Part shown: one piece after another, positions 1 through 13,928 of the stretch
Layout of the letters: the number at the start of each line of letters is the position of its first letter
How positions within the stretch are numbered: position 1 is the first letter of the stretch
From: Dicyema japonicum
Lineage: Eukaryota; Animalia; Dicyemida
Direction of reading: 5' to 3'
DNA: 64,000 bases
Assembly (NCBI GenBank): GCA_011109175.1
Contig: RDEW01000003.1
Location: forward strand, 1,348,133 to 1,412,132
Notes under the pieces: model-generated
The model's database searches: none
What the model saw: only the letters and a program-made list of their open reading frames with translations
Told to the model about the DNA's origin: nothing
Made by a program: the position numbers and the translations under genes

Positions 1-789
1 GTGGGTTGAACTAATTCGATTAAAGTTTAGCGGTTTTATGAGAGAAACAGGACTATTCACAAGCTTCAAATATTGACGTCAAGAAAAGCCCTAACAAACT
101 CAACACGTGTAAGAAAAGAAAAGAAAGAGTCAAGTAAAATGGTAACTACTCTCAACTAACCAAAGCTGTTTGAGACCCGTTTGCTGGGTGCCTGTTCAGA
201 ATTTAATGTCTCCGCCCATGACGTCCTTGAAGGTCTTTCTAGGGTATTTTGGTGACTTATTTAGTCAAATATTTTCATTGACAGAAAAATACTATCAATT
301 TTGGCAATTTATGAACCTAGAACATTCAAGGTTCACTTTTTTAAATATCATCTAAATTTAATTTATTGTTATTTTTCAAATTTATTTTTAAATTATTTAA
401 TTTAATTATTTTAGACCCTGGTGGATGTCGGGTCTACTGCTATGATGAACAGTGGGACAAGTTTGTCTCATGTGCGAGGAATTACTGAAAATATTATAAA
501 TAAGGACTTGCTTGGTTGATGTGATAATAAAACTTACACATTCTTAACTTTTCAGTTATTTAATTTAAATTTTAATATTATGCATAAATTTTCTTCAATA
601 GTAAGCATTTCTAGTTAGTGAGACCGCATTTTCGCACAAATGTTAAGAGTGGATGTGCTCAGTATGGCATCTCTCTTCAACTCTCCCTTTTTCTTTTTGT
701 CATCAACAGCACGAAAGAAGGAAAATAAGTGAAAAATAGCTATTATTATTTTAATTTGAAAGACAATTATTTAACAAAGAAACAAATGT

Positions 790-855
790 TAGTTAAGGAA
801 GCCGGCTGCGTGGATCGCGAACGGGTTGATAGTTTCCCCTCCTAATCATGAGCCA
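790..855 (-). mobile_element. 3' end relic of a CRE-clade non-LTR retrotransposon
   Basis: The minus strand reads ...FAIHAAGFLN* then catttgttt, matching the C-terminus and 3' tail of the element at 63159 (FEIHAAGFLN* catttgttt). Confidence 0.7.
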
Positions 856-859
856 GATG

Positions 860-1095
860 TTCTGGAAAACCAATTGTCTCGTTCTATGTTTTTTCTGTAT
901 TTCGAGGGGATTCAGAGCTGCTTTGTGACGATCTTTAGGATGGTCATTCTTTTAATCGCAGCATTAAGTTGGTTTCCAACATGTTTGGCGAAAAAGTCTC
1001 TGATCAAACATGACTCCAAGGATGTTAGGTGTGCTATTGACTGCAATAATCGGTATGTCACGGTCCGTTGGTTGTCCACAACCTTTTACTTGGAT
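860..1095 (-). mobile_element. LINE reverse-transcriptase C-terminal relic
   Basis: Minus-strand translation DIPIIAVNSTPNILGVMFDQRLF resembles the post-RT 'K(I/Y)LGV.(F/L)D..L' motif and the element at 21.3-21.5 kb. Confidence 0.5.
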
Positions 1096-1199
1096 ATCGC
1101 AGTCCCTTTTACTGACAATAAATAATGTTTTTTTATGTCTAATTTTGTACGAAAATAAATATTTTAACATCTGAGTATTAATGACAATAATTTCGTTTC

Positions 1200-1960
1200 C
1201 CTCCTCAAAAGAGACTCATCCAAGTAACTCTAATTTGGGTCGGACAAGATTCAAACATAGACAACAAAACTTCGTCCCTCTTTACGACCTTCAGAAGGGT
1301 GGTCTACCAAAACTTGTAGACACGTGAATTTAGTATTCTCAATCATGAACAGATAACAATTTTTTATTTTATAATTTTATATAAAAATATAAACAGTTAT
1401 TAGAGAAATTCACGTGTCTGCCAATACTGAATTTCTCAATTACGTAAGCGAGTATCTGCCACATTCAAAAATTGGTTCTTAAAGATAAACACCGACAAAA
1501 ATCCTTACTTCTGGTGCTTTCAGAAAACTATTAAAAATATGGCGCTCATGTAAAAATTTCAGTGGAAAAATAAAGCCAAAGAAATACAAATGGTTTGTCA
1601 TCCTAATTTATAATTGTGATACATGGGGGCTTGTCAAAAACGGCCATCGACAGCTTTCATCGCATCATGCTCCAAAGGCACTCAATAAACTATATGCGAT
1701 GAAGATAGTAATGAAAAGTTATACAAATTATGTAACACAAAACTACTGACGATGGATATCTACGATCGAGGTGGACACTGTTGGTCACATTTTACAACCG
1801 AATCGTGTGATGGAGGAATATTTCTTCTAACAAGGAAGATTTTTCTGAGGAACACCCAGGAAAACTCTATAATCTGTGCTACATAAAGAATTAAAAGACA
1901 TCGGAAAAAAAACTAAAAACTTGCGAAAAAGAGAGGACCTTGGATGAGACTTTACAACGG
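1200..1960 (+). mobile_element. RTE-like LINE relic (RT C-terminal part)
   Basis: Broken frames read NWFLKINTDK, AFRKLLKIW, LIYNCDTWGL, IDSFHR and RWTL.GHIL, typical RTE post-RT motifs; many stops and frameshifts. Confidence 0.6.
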
Positions 1961-2074
1961 GAGGCAGGTGCGACACAAGGGAATCTTAATTGACTTTTTG
2001 TTTTTATGTGTTTTTAGCGCTGCTCATAATGATAATTCACTGAAAGATTTTTGCTGAGAAACAAAGCTAGTCAA

Positions 2075-2760
2075 CCGATCAGAATCCTCTCTTACGAAGG
2101 GCATCCAGGTAAACCTGGCTCGTCTACGATGTGATCACCACCCCTCTTTTCCATCACACGTAAACTAGATAATATAAAAGATGTTCTTTGGTTTTTTTGC
2201 AACCTCTATCAAATCACTTTTTTGAACTAATACACTGTTCGTCTTCAATGTAAAAGTTAACCAATCTATAGAGGGACCGGCATTTGCTGAATCATACATA
2301 TTAGCTGCTGTTCTACAAATTATCAAGGCCGGGGTTACTTAACTAACTAAAATGGTAGTTTGAATCAATTCTAAGTTTTCCTTATAATTTGAACAAACTA
2401 GTAATACAATTTAGTACATGGAAATAAAATTTTATATATACCACTTCATTGACGAATGAGGGCGTCATCAGTGATTCACCAGTGCGGAACCGGATTATCT
2501 CAAGGACTCACAGGCTTACAATGGTAAGCCCAGCACAAAAAGTCATAAATAATTAATGAAGGAACCAAAGAGATAACCATCTGCTTGTGCCGACCAAATC
2601 TATCTTTCAATACTTCATTACAGGCTTCCACTTCCGAAAAGAGGTGGAGAAGTAGATCCACACTCTTCCATTTCGTCTTACCGTCGCGGACATCACTTAA
2701 TTCTTCAGCGGAATAGTTTTTATAATGTAATCCTCATCAAAGGATTTGCTCACTGACTCA
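2075..2760 (-). pseudogene. Diverged member of the repeated 'DEDYI.KT' / core-duplicon family (possible Vps10/sortilin-like relic)
   Basis: 2075-2200 resembles 62500-62620; 2480-2760 (DEDYIIKTIPLKN...YFSTSFRKWKPVMKY...DFLCWAYHC) resembles 34350-34610 and 42750-42890. The Vps10 assignment is a weak motif resemblance only. Confidence 0.35.
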
Positions 2761-4589
2761 CATACAAGCAAAAAGAAAAGAACAAGAAGTAAGAGCAACT
2801 TCGATATCTTAGATAATGTCTTATTTAATTATCACAATTGTTTTTTACTTTTTAAATAAATTAATAAATAATAATTTAATTTTAAGCATAGTGCGATTAC
2901 AAACATTATTACTCTTTGGTGGATGGGCTTAATTATGCCACTTTCTTCTCCCCCTACAAATTTGGACTGATGACAACTCACCTAGAATCAGACTCGAAAG
3001 TGAGCAGATTTTTCAAAAAGTCTAAGCGACGAACCAGTCACCTTCAAAAAGTCGAGGATAAATATACCACTTCATTCAAGAGTAACGCAGGTCAATAACC
3101 ATGCTGAACTGTTTTGGATTGCTCATTGTGAAGTGAAGAGAGATAACCAAGAGAGGCATTGGGTTATCGAGCCTGCTCTTTACAAATCACTTGGGGAAAT
3201 ACGTTTACAACTCTAATAGCGGCTATTCTCGACTGAAAGGAACCTTTTAGTAATTATAGTTGTTTATGTATACTCCTATCGCACATGGTAACATTTTAAT
3301 AAGGTGTCAATATAGTTAGTCCTATCTGACCTTTATCCTCCTAGAAGAATCATCGACCCACTACTTTTTCTTCGTTTCTTTGCGGAGATCAATCAACTAA
3401 ACTTGTTATCCGGTACTAAAAAGGCTAATCTTATGTTGCAATACACTAAACCACGTCAGAATGAGGTTCTAAGATTATTTGAAATTGTAAGCGACATACG
3501 ATGCAGCGAACGTTACCACCACTCTATAAGTTCTTGTAATTTTTATACAATCCACCAAATCCTTCATATTTTACTTATTGGGAAGATACCACTTAGTCTC
3601 CATAGCACTTAGTCATTATGCCTTATATCAATCGGTTTTTCCCTCTTTCGCAAAGAATCGATAATTTTTGCAATCAAGTGATTATTTTTTTCCTTTAAAT
3701 TGAATGTATTTGTTTAAATGGAATCAATAAAGTCAGCTATTATGAACAGATCTCCATCATGACCTTCGAGAATTGAGTACATGGGAGTTACTTCTCATAA
3801 TCACTATTTCAATGTTCTAGAAAAGCCATCGTCTCATTCTAGACTCTCGCTTCCTCTGTCCTGCAAGACGATTGAATGGTTAATTGATCGGAAGGTTGTG
3901 ACGAAGATGTGCATTCATTGCACAGAATGTCTACTTAGCTTATTGTGAATGAGAGCATTTGTCTTCTTTCTCATAAGTTTGGACTAAGAAAAAAAATATA
4001 AAACTAGAAATTTTGAGTTAGCTACGATTGATATGGTCAAATTAAATAGTGACTGAAAATAACTAGTAATAGATATATACACTATGTATTTTAGTAATAA
4101 CTCAGATCAAAGTGTTTTCTCGTACTTCAACGAGATCGCTTCTAAAATCATCAACGTTAATACTTCAATTTCAAAAATAATAACTACAACGAAACAACAT
4201 TAAACACGTTATGTTCAAATTTAATTAGTTAAAATTTTATTGGTTTTAATTTTAATAAATAAATAAAAGTTTCTTTTCCTCGAGTAGAAAAATAATCTTA
4301 ACCATTTATATTGTTTTGACCTGCATCAAGGTCAGCGGATCTTGGTTAATCATCTATTCTCTTTACCTATTGGTTCTCTGCTTGATAACAAAAGCTTTCA
4401 TACCACGGTTGTCTTACACCTTGTGTTTGAAATAAGTGAGTTTTGCAGAAGTCGTTGGGAGAAAATTATTAACAGTTAAAGATTCATAATCTACCACGAA
4501 AAAGGATTCAGAAAGGTTTTTTTCTAACTCTTAAACAAAACGAGCTCCGGAGAGCTGTTTCTACAAATAATGAATTTTTACCTCTATGG

Positions 4590-4800
4590 ACAATAAGATG
4601 TGTAGACATTTGACGTATTGACGATCTTTGGTGTGGGATGCAAAATACGTCGACACCCTACTTACCTTATAATTGTCCTCGTCAGCTTGTGAGGATTACA
4701 AACATGCCGACTGAGGAACTGAGAAAACTAAATAAATACTGTTTGTGTGACCGTTTCAGCTTTCCGCTATTTTCCGCTAAACCCATGGAAAGATTTCGAC
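4590..4800 (+). mobile_element. CRE-clade endonuclease relic
   Basis: Reads SLVWDAKYVDT...RKLNKYCLCDRFSF, matching the RLE region of the element at 63.2-63.6 kb (SLVWEATCINT...KIKKYSCLGDRYRF). Confidence 0.6.
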
Positions 4801-5773
4801 TATCGCTAAAACTACAATTGTCTAAATCGAAAATGCTATCAAGACTCTGTCATCAAGACACATAGAAGCAACCAGGGTTTCGACATTGTCCGTCTCCATT
4901 GTCTCTCGGAACTACTTACTCTTAAGGGAATGCGCTCTAAAGAACTACTACCGGGCAATAATAAATTCCAACTCAAAAATACAACTTGCTTATCTAAAAT
5001 CGGTTTTTTCTTTAAATTAAGTATTTTTTAAATTACAAGGGTAAATTCAGTCACAAATTAATACTCGTTAAAGTATATAAACTTTAATAGGCACAATAGA
5101 CTTCCCTTCAATAGTCAGATTTTCGTTTCTATCAGAATTTGACTGAAAATTCTTTTCGGCGTTTTTGTCACTGGATTTTTCACGACTATTCCTTACCGAC
5201 ATAGTCCATTCCAACCAGTGTCTTTTGGCCATTATTATACGCCTATATTATTGGTTTTATAATGAATTTAAGCTCTAGCTGTTCAAATTTTAAACAATCA
5301 ATATTACGACCATTAAAATCAATCACTGTTAACGTCAAGGGCGAAAGGTTCTTCTGCCCGTGGCGAGCGTATGATAATCATCCCTTTATAACTAACTTAA
5401 AAAGTCCGGACTAAATAAATTATAAATTTTTCAGCATCGATTGATCGTTTTCCTCATGTTTTTTCTACACTCACATATCTAAGCAGTCTCTCAAGGCATC
5501 ATTCTTAGGTTCTCTAAGCTTTTTCCTGAGGCGATTTTTAGCCCCGATGGGATGTATTCGCTTCGGATCAAATTAAAGGAAACCAATATAAACAAGAAAT
5601 CAAAGCAGAAGACTGTAATATAGAAAAACAACCATCGCTTCGCATGTTGTGCTGCGCAAGCGTGAAATCATCGTCATAACAAGGAGAAGGTCACTGATAA
5701 TGCTTTATCACGTAGAGCAATAAGGGAATTCAAAGAGAACACGCATCTGATATCGATCAAATCCAGTGTGCTC

Positions 5774-5784
5774 NNNNNNNNNNN
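5774..5784. other. Assembly gap (11 N) with near-duplicated flanks
   Basis: gggaattcaaag...ccagtgtgct occurs both immediately before and immediately after the N run. Confidence 0.95.
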
Positions 5785-6865
5785 GGGAATTCAAAGCGAA
5801 CACGCATCTGCCATCGATCAAAACCAGTGTGCTTCAAGTCTTCATCGATGTCAATATAAAATTGTGATCACTAGCAGTCGATCTTGTCTATGAAGAAAAA
5901 ACATGAAAAAAGTGAGTATAACGTAGTAATATGAACTATATGGTTTGGATCTGCTGCTCCCTACAGCGTGCTGCCCGGATACCCTACCCTATTTCATCTA
6001 TCTTAAATCTATCTACGTATTTTTTGCAGGTCATCACCTAGTTTCCAAGCAATTAACCACTCAACTTATGGAATTCATTAATAGAGTACAACCATTCGCA
6101 TATCTCATTTTGATTGTTTGATAAATTCATTATTAGGATTCTTATGACGACCACATTTAATTAGAACGAATAATTTTTAGAAAAGAGTTGCGGACTAAAA
6201 AATTTTCTTAGGGATTTTCATATGCTGTGATATTTTATGGGGAATTCTTGTGCTTTTATGCAAGATTTATAACTAGTTTATGTTCAGTTGTATTAGATGG
6301 AAACTTTATGGAATGAGAGCTTTGCGTATAAGTTTGTTTACTTGAGAGTCAATAAATTCAATTATAAAAACATAGAAGCTATGATCTATATGGTCCCTGG
6401 GTTGATGAAAATCCTCTCGAATGACCAGCAGCTTCGTAAAGTTTTCTGAAGGGAGTGAGATAAGATTTCCAAGTTTAAAAAAAAGCGTAAGAGAACAGTC
6501 TGAGAGTTATGAATGTTTCCACAGAAAAATGAACAAAAGTCAAATCACCAGAGAAATCAGCATACTTCCGAAATTTAGATGGAACAATCGAAGAAAAACT
6601 GTCGAGTAAAGTGTGCATCAAAAACATAGCAATAGAGATAGGAGCCAGATCAATATTCGACTAACAACTTGGTTAGCGTGAATTAATAGAAAAACTTGCT
6701 TTTCAATTTTCGATAGCATAATATTTTAATAAGAAATATGTTATTTATTAGAATATTTAGGAATCTTAATTAACAAAATAATTAATAAAAATTTAAAATT
6801 ACATTTAACTGTTGTTTGTCGTGGTTGGTTTTTTGTATATTATAAAACTAGTTATTCCCAAATAT

Positions 6866-9800
6866 ATGACAGAAACCGCAGACGGGGAACTCCAACTATG
6901 CTTAACTACTGATGAGTACAACTATCTTCCTCATTCTATTAAAAACAAGCTTACAAATCTAGTAGATTCTAAGCTACAAGACATCGGAAAACTTAGGAAG
7001 ACGTTCCTCAAGAAATTCATTGAAAAGGGTAAATTCAACTCAACATGAAAGAACAAAACTTGTTGGAAGCGGATTCCTTAACACGTGAGCAGAGATATTC
7101 GACTCAAGGATTCCATAAGGACTTGGAAAGTTAGCAGTTTTAGCTAATTTTCAGAGGAGGTTGAGGAAATTCGCAAAATCACGGAAAAACTGACCTCGGA
7201 AAAGTACGAGTTGCTAGGAAAACTGGAAATAGTCGAAAGTGAGGGAATATCTTCAAAGGTAGTAATTTTACTTATAAAGTACCAAATTGAACGGTACGAG
7301 ACTGAGAAGACAAACCTTAGAAGTCAAGTTGAATATCTGCAGACTGAATTGCATAAAATGAACAGTGAGGTGTTGTCCTCTAAGCAGCAATACGTAGTTC
7401 GTTTGTATTACTGTAGAATATTGACTCCATGCACGTGAGGATTGAACTGGACGAACAGAAAAACCAGGTACTCTTTAGTATTTGCTTTATAATTTGGTTA
7501 CCATTGTTAGAGTCGTGTTTGTATGAGTTTTAGCTATATGACTGATTTGTAGATGTTTGGTATTTTGGCGGTTATTTTCGGTCATTTAATTTTAATCTAT
7601 ACATTTATAACCACTTAATAATAATAATTTTAGTGCATGTGTAGTTATTGACTTGTTTTAGTGTTATGTTGATCTTTTTATATTTTATAGTGTTTTTTGT
7701 TGTTATATTTATTATTAATTACTACTCAAACAACACTCATATTACATTCAGCCTTATGTTCCAACAGCCTTCTCAGCCATCATTTCCTTAATGCTCATTC
7801 GTACTGTGACAAATGAATTAGATTTTGTTATTTAATGTTTGTAGCAGGCGCTTTCACTTTAATCATAATACTTATACTCATGACACACTATGCTACTCTA
7901 TTGTTAGTAGACGATCTATTTAGTTCCATTTTCATCTGTTTTACTCTTTTTACTGTTCTTAGTTTATTAAATTTTTATTAATTTAATACATTATTAATTA
8001 ATTAATAAAATGGAAAATTTTGTTATAATAGTTTCGATAATTTTATTTACCCTTTTATAAATTTTACATATTTTTGGTATTCCGCCTATTTTGCGTTATT
8101 TTTAACTAAAAATGTTCTATTTTGATGCTAATGTTTCAAATTTTACATATCATTCATGAATTTTTATGCTAGAATGCTTTACTGAGACAACAATTGGAGT
8201 CGATGAGGGTAAAATACGAAGGTTTAGAGAACAACTATGAAGATTGTGTTAAAAGGATGGCTGAGTCACAACAAATACAGAACCAGCTAGAACGTGTCTT
8301 TCATGAAGAACTCTCAGCGCAAAAACGACTATCTGACACTCTTCAGTCATCCTCCTATAATTTTCTGCAAACTAACCAGACATTATCCAATAAACTGGCA
8401 GATTCACAGAATAGGTTCAAAAATCTTCTACAAAGTTACCAAATTGATTTATTTCAGAATACAGCCAACTCGAACACCATTCAGTCACAGAAATTCGAAA
8501 TTTAAGGGAAAATATCCAAAATAAAGGTTTTGGTGGTCATTTATGTAGATTGTGAGATTGAAGAATTGACAGAGAGACTTAACACTGCGAATGATTTAAG
8601 CGCCAAAATTGGTAAATTTGTTGCTTTATAATTAGCCATCTCTGAGGAGGAACTCTCTATGCTGTGCCCGACTGCATATGCCAGTCAAAATATGCTTAAA
8701 TCCTCAAAGAATCTAACTGAGGTGGGTTTACCTATAACTCTAGATATATGCTGAATATTCTAATATTAATGAAGCCTTTATGAGAGAAAGAAGTGAGAAT
8801 ATTCGCCTGACAGAGTCTGTGTCGATACTAATGCAGGTTTGTACTTTAATTCCCTCTCATTACATGATCTGTTAATTTACTCTTTAATCTTGTTGTTGAT
8901 ATTTACAAATAATCATACTAACTCAATCTTGCAGTGTGACCGTAAGGCTGGCGGACGCTTTCCCTTTTTGATTTGTAAGGAAATGCCTCAATGAGCCAGC
9001 TCCTCTCTCGCTCATTTCCACTTTGTTACCTTTTATTAGCTTAAATTTTTCTGTCACGTTGATATTAATTTTATATCTAATTTTGCTGAATTGGACTTTG
9101 TATTTCTTATAAATGTCATCTAATCAAACTTATTGTGCTTTTCTAGATTTCCTTAGCTTTATTAACTTTAATCTGTTGATAGCTTTACTTATGTCTCCCA
9201 TTAAAATGGTCAGTGCTCATCCTCTTATTTCTTAGCGATTCTTATATAAACTTTTTCTTAGTTTTACTTTAGCTTTATGTTGGATTATTGCTATTATATA
9301 CTTTTTGGTCTCAAAGTTAATTTGTAGGAAGCTGAGGACAAGGCAATGCAGTATAAAGAAATTAAAGAGCATAATTCAAGACTAATGCAATCCATGAATG
9401 AGACTCAAAGCAATATGGAAAACTACTTCCAAGTATATTTTTGCCTTATTCTAGCAATTACAACGAGCAAAGGCTAATGCTGATAAAGTGACTCAAATGA
9501 ACGACAAAATGAAGGCTGAATGTGGACAATTTAAACACCAAAACAACGACTTGTCGCTCCAAGTGCGAATTCTTCTCAAACAAATCCACGAATTACGTGG
9601 AGGAGAAGTCGTTAATGACATTGACGACTCGGAACCAGTCAGAGATAATTCTGTGGAACAGATTATAGCCGGAAATTTGGTAAAATTCAGGTTCGAATGA
9701 TTTTTAATATAAGAACGATCGAGGAATTACAAACCCGAAATTTGCAGTTGCTGTCCATTGTGAGGTATATGAGTGAGGAACACGGGGAAACTGAGAAATA

Positions 9801-12800
9801 TGAGGAAATGTTAAACGAGAGCAGATTGAGGATTGAAGAGCTGACCAAATCCAATGAAGAGTTATCCTCACTGAGAGTCCGGGACTCTGACTTGGTATTT
9901 CCGTGATTTTTACCTAAGCTGGATGTGATCTCCAAACAACGAGATCTCTACCACTCAATGCTTTCAAAATCTGAAAGTGTTCAAAATATGGACTTTTCCG
10001 TTCATTCAGTGAACGAGAGTGTTAAAAACACGTGTCTTTCATTGCATTCAATTGAAAGTATGATGATCAATGAAGAATCATTAGTTGACGCTCCCAACAC
10101 GTGTATTGAAGACGGAGATGAGACTACAAGTCATCTAAGAGACCAATATGAACAAATCAAGCTGAGATTCGAGCAATATAAGGAGAATCAGTCAGAAAAT
10201 GAAAAGTAGACTATAAAATCACATTTTAGAATATTACAAGAGGAAATTGACAGATTGCGGTGTATAAACATGGATCTTAAGCAAAGCAATGGAGAGCTGT
10301 CCTCTAGAGTATTATCCCACTAATAAAATAGCTTGAATTCCACATTATGAGATTTGCCACTATAGAAAACGACATTAAGTTGTATCAGGCGGATATTGAG
10401 GTACTAAGGAGACAATATGAGGACAAACGAACACATAATGTACTCCTCGAAGAGAAAATCGGGAAATTGAACCAGGTTAGTGGCTCCATTTCTATTGAAG
10501 GACATTAGTGATGTAAGAAAGCAGTTTGATGAAAGCAAACTGTCGGCAATTTCAGTCAATAACGAAAGAGATGGCCTTATCAGTGAAAATAATAGACTTT
10601 TGTCTGAAAATTGTGCCCTTAGATCGCAGCAGAGGGCCTTTAGTTCCATTGCCAACGATATTCTACATATAAAGTCTGCTGTGGAAAGGTAGCTATTGTA
10701 AACAAGCAGAAATGACTCTGATGATCGTATGGCTGTAGAAAAGAGAGTCCAAGATCTTTCCTTTGACTTGATGGAGTCGAGGAATCTCCTATCTAAAATT
10801 GACCGAGAAAGCTCAGCCGAAAAGGCCACTCTCTTGGTCGTGTTTAGTACTTATTACAGATAAGGACAGAAGAGCTTGAAAATCAACTAGCAGAAGTTGG
10901 AAAAGACCTTGAAGAAGCAAAGTCGACTATAATTTCGTATCAGAGTGAGGTTTTTGTTTATAAGTGACTCAAGATTGCTGCCTTGAGGATTAGATTCGGT
11001 ACTGAACAGGAGATAGGTTTGTTTGCCCCAATAATGAAAATAGGAGACATTGAGGGCGAAATGAGAGAGGAAAAGCTAAATATGACAAAGGAAATCAAAC
11101 TCCTCAGAGTTGAGTTGGAAGGTTGAGAAATGGAAGCAATTTAGGGACAAAGTCTCAGTTAAACAGCGCTCAGAACTCTGTCAGGGAGTTCACTAGCTTG
11201 GCAAACCAGTACGAGACCGCACTGCAAGAACAAACCAGCATTTGTAGGGAAATTGAACAAAATTATAGCTTAAAGGTCAATTCTCTACAAATCGGTGGAT
11301 TATAATAACCATTTTAGCGCTAAAAAAGGCAGAGGATGAGCTTACCGTGGTTTCCACTAGCCTTTCTATCGCGGAGACCGAAAACCTTGCTAATTTGCAG
11401 AAACTAGAGGAATCTGTAGGAAATTGGATTTAACCTAGAAAACTCAGATGGAATCCATGAAGAATGAATATTCTCAAATATCTCTCCTAAAGGAAGACTT
11501 TAAAACCAGGGAGGCTGAAATGGTGGAGCTTCTTCGAACGAGAGATGAGATCATATGTCAGAGACAGGAACGTTACCAGGATGAAGTCAAGAGACACGCA
11601 GAACGGATATCAGAAGTGGAGGAACTAAAGAAAGAGGTATCTCAGTGATTTGACCTTCAGGCTGAGGTTACGACTGCCATGTCAGCCGATCTTCTACTAC
11701 AGTACAATTCTGTTAGGGAGGAGCTGAACAGTGTTAATGTATGCAATTTTTTTTACCAGCAGAGTCGAGTTGGACTGGAGAGGGATAGGCTGATGAGGAG
11801 TGTTGCTGACATGGAGGAGAGAAATAATGAATTGACTGAGATTAATGGTTCTCTTTTATTGCAATTGGAAGAGGTTGTGTCTGTGGGTTTAGTTTTAGGT
11901 GGTATCTTTGTCCGGTAAGGGTGGGACTTCTGAATATGAGGAATCTGCGCTTTTGGATAATCGGTTTTCTCCCGAGAAGTTGATGCAAGTGATTGGGTTA
12001 ATTTTGTTTATTATTTGAAATTTATATAAATCAATTAAAGATAGCCAACTTATTAAAGTTATTTAAATTTATTATTATTTAATTTATTTAAAATGTTAAT
12101 TTTTTTATTAAATTTAAATTAGATTATTTTTGTAGATTTTTACGTAAAAAGAAAGATTTAATATCGGCACAATATGAGCTATTATTGGCTGAGAATAACC
12201 GTAATATGACGAACCTATCAATCGCCCACAAGGAAATAGAACTGTCACAAAAACGAATTTGTGAACTCAAGTCTACCATTGAGGTATCTTTATTTATTAA
12301 CCAGATTAACTCCCAACAAGTTTCCGAGTTCTTTAGGGTCAAGAAAGAACTGGAGGACCTTCAGGACGTCCTCAAACAGAACCGAATCCTGGTCTCTGAG
12401 AATAAGTCTCTCGAGGATGCTATCCTAAAGAAGTCATCAGAGGTATAAGCTGAATAACGTTCAGAATGAGAGACTTAGAAGAATCTCTGATGAAAAGGAA
12501 ATGCTTGTTTCTCAGACTATGGCTCGCTGCCAGGCTTTAAAAAGCACTAATAGTCAGATTGTGAGCGAGAATGCCCGCTGGAGGACACGTGTTTCACATT
12601 TGGTCAACGAAAACGAGGATTTGGAGCAGAATAGGCTAAAAGAGAAGATGTGAGTGATTCCTTTGACTTGTAGCTCCCAATGTGAGCACCTAGAATCTGA
12701 AGTGGAGTCCCTTAGGCAGTGTTTACTGGACGTGAAAGCTGAGAATGCCGGTTTGACTGACGAAAGGCAGATTCTATCCCTGCGTGTTGAAGAACTGATG

Positions 12801-13928
12801 GAATCGAGCACTTCCCAGAGGTTCTGTAAGTAAATGACTTTCAGTGCTTCAATCGAGGAACTCAATTCCAACAATGCCACTTTATCTGAGCACGTGGCTA
12901 AGGTATCTGTCAACGATTATTGTAGCTAAGGAAACTGGGTCGTGATTACAGGGATAAGTACGAGAAGCTTAGGAATGAAAGTGAGACTGAGAATGTTGAG
13001 AAGAAAATAGCTGTATTCTACCCACGTGGTGATTTGTAGGACGCAGTTACAGAATGTGAGGAGAAGGCCTTTAAGATGGTGGAATCTATGAATAGTCAGA
13101 ATTCACTTTTAAGAGAAGAAATAATTCTTCTAAAAGATGCTGCTAAATCTCTTGAAGGTGAATTGGCGGGAATATTCGTAGAAAAACAGTCTGAACTCCT
13201 CACACTTTTGGAGGACAAGCAGTGTCGCATCAACATCTTGGAGCTTTCTGTTTGGTCCTTACTTATTTTAGGTTAACCGACATGCCCTGAGTAATCGTGC
13301 TACCACTTTCGAGGGAATTCCTGAAGCTCAGACTCTTCCAGTGGTAGCGGAATCAGACTTACCTGAGAAAAGGACTGTGGAAGTGGACAGGAATTAGTAA
13401 ATTTGTAATTAATACTGCAGTGATGATAATCCACTACTATCGAAGAGACTAAAGATGATTCCTGAGGTTGTTGAGGAATGGGAGGAAGAAGAACTCGACT
13501 ATGAACCTTCTGAGGGAGGTTTGCCTTGCTGGTGACGTTTTAGAACTTCCATGTTGTGAAGAAGTAATCGTATTTGATAGTGTGGTTTGTGAAGTCACTG
13601 ATTTGTAGTGGGATACTGACCAGAATCCAGAATATGAGGGGGAAGCACCTGCTGAGAAGTTGATTAACCCCCCGAAAGAGGTAGGCAGGCTTTTTAAGCT
13701 GCTAGAATGAGGAACCTGTGATTGACTGTGTCGACGTGGAAAAGTTTTGGCGTGATTTTTGATTTTTAGTATCAAAGCAGAGGATGTTTGTACGTTTGTG
13801 GATCAAAGTGATAAGCCGCCTTTGAAGAAGGAGCGACGTTTGAAGATTTGTTATTTGTAGCTTTGAGGATTCCTCCACAAGATTGGAGAAGGGAGAGAGG
13901 ACGGTTTCCTCGTTTAAAACGATTTTAA
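6866..13928 (+). CDS. TPR: Nucleoprotein TPR (Tpr/Mlp1/Megator) homologue; multi-exon coiled-coil nuclear basket protein
   Basis: Manual splicing gives one continuous frame with TPR-family motifs in order: LQLCLTTDEYNYLPHSIKNKL (cf. human [21 protein letters not shown]), FHEELSAQKRLSDTLQ, LNTANDL..ISEEELSMLCPTA...KNLTEIYAEY, LSLQVRILLKQIHELRG, NLVKFRTIEELQTRNLQLLSIVR, SKQRDLYHSML. Introns walked: 7029-7051, 7130-7154, 7259-7279, 7394-7416, 7468-8172, 8435-8457, 8527-8548, 8612-8635, 8722-8743, 8837-9327, 9433-9454, 9691-9713, 9895-9918. Later exons and the stop at 13926-13928 are less certain. Confidence 0.9.
8935..9020 (-). mobile_element. CRE 3'-end fragment inside TPR intron 8837-9327
   Basis: Near match to 59605-59655 (gatttg.aaggaaatgc..ctcaat.agccagctcct); the minus strand reads ERERSWLIE. 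Confidence 0.65.

Noticed and set aside
9687-13775. Minus-strand ORFs at 9687-9935, 10404-10829, 12124-12342, 12554-12913 and 13449-13775
   Set aside because: They are antisense shadows of TPR exons: Ser/Leu-rich translations arising from Glu/Lys-rich coiled-coil codons on the plus strand.
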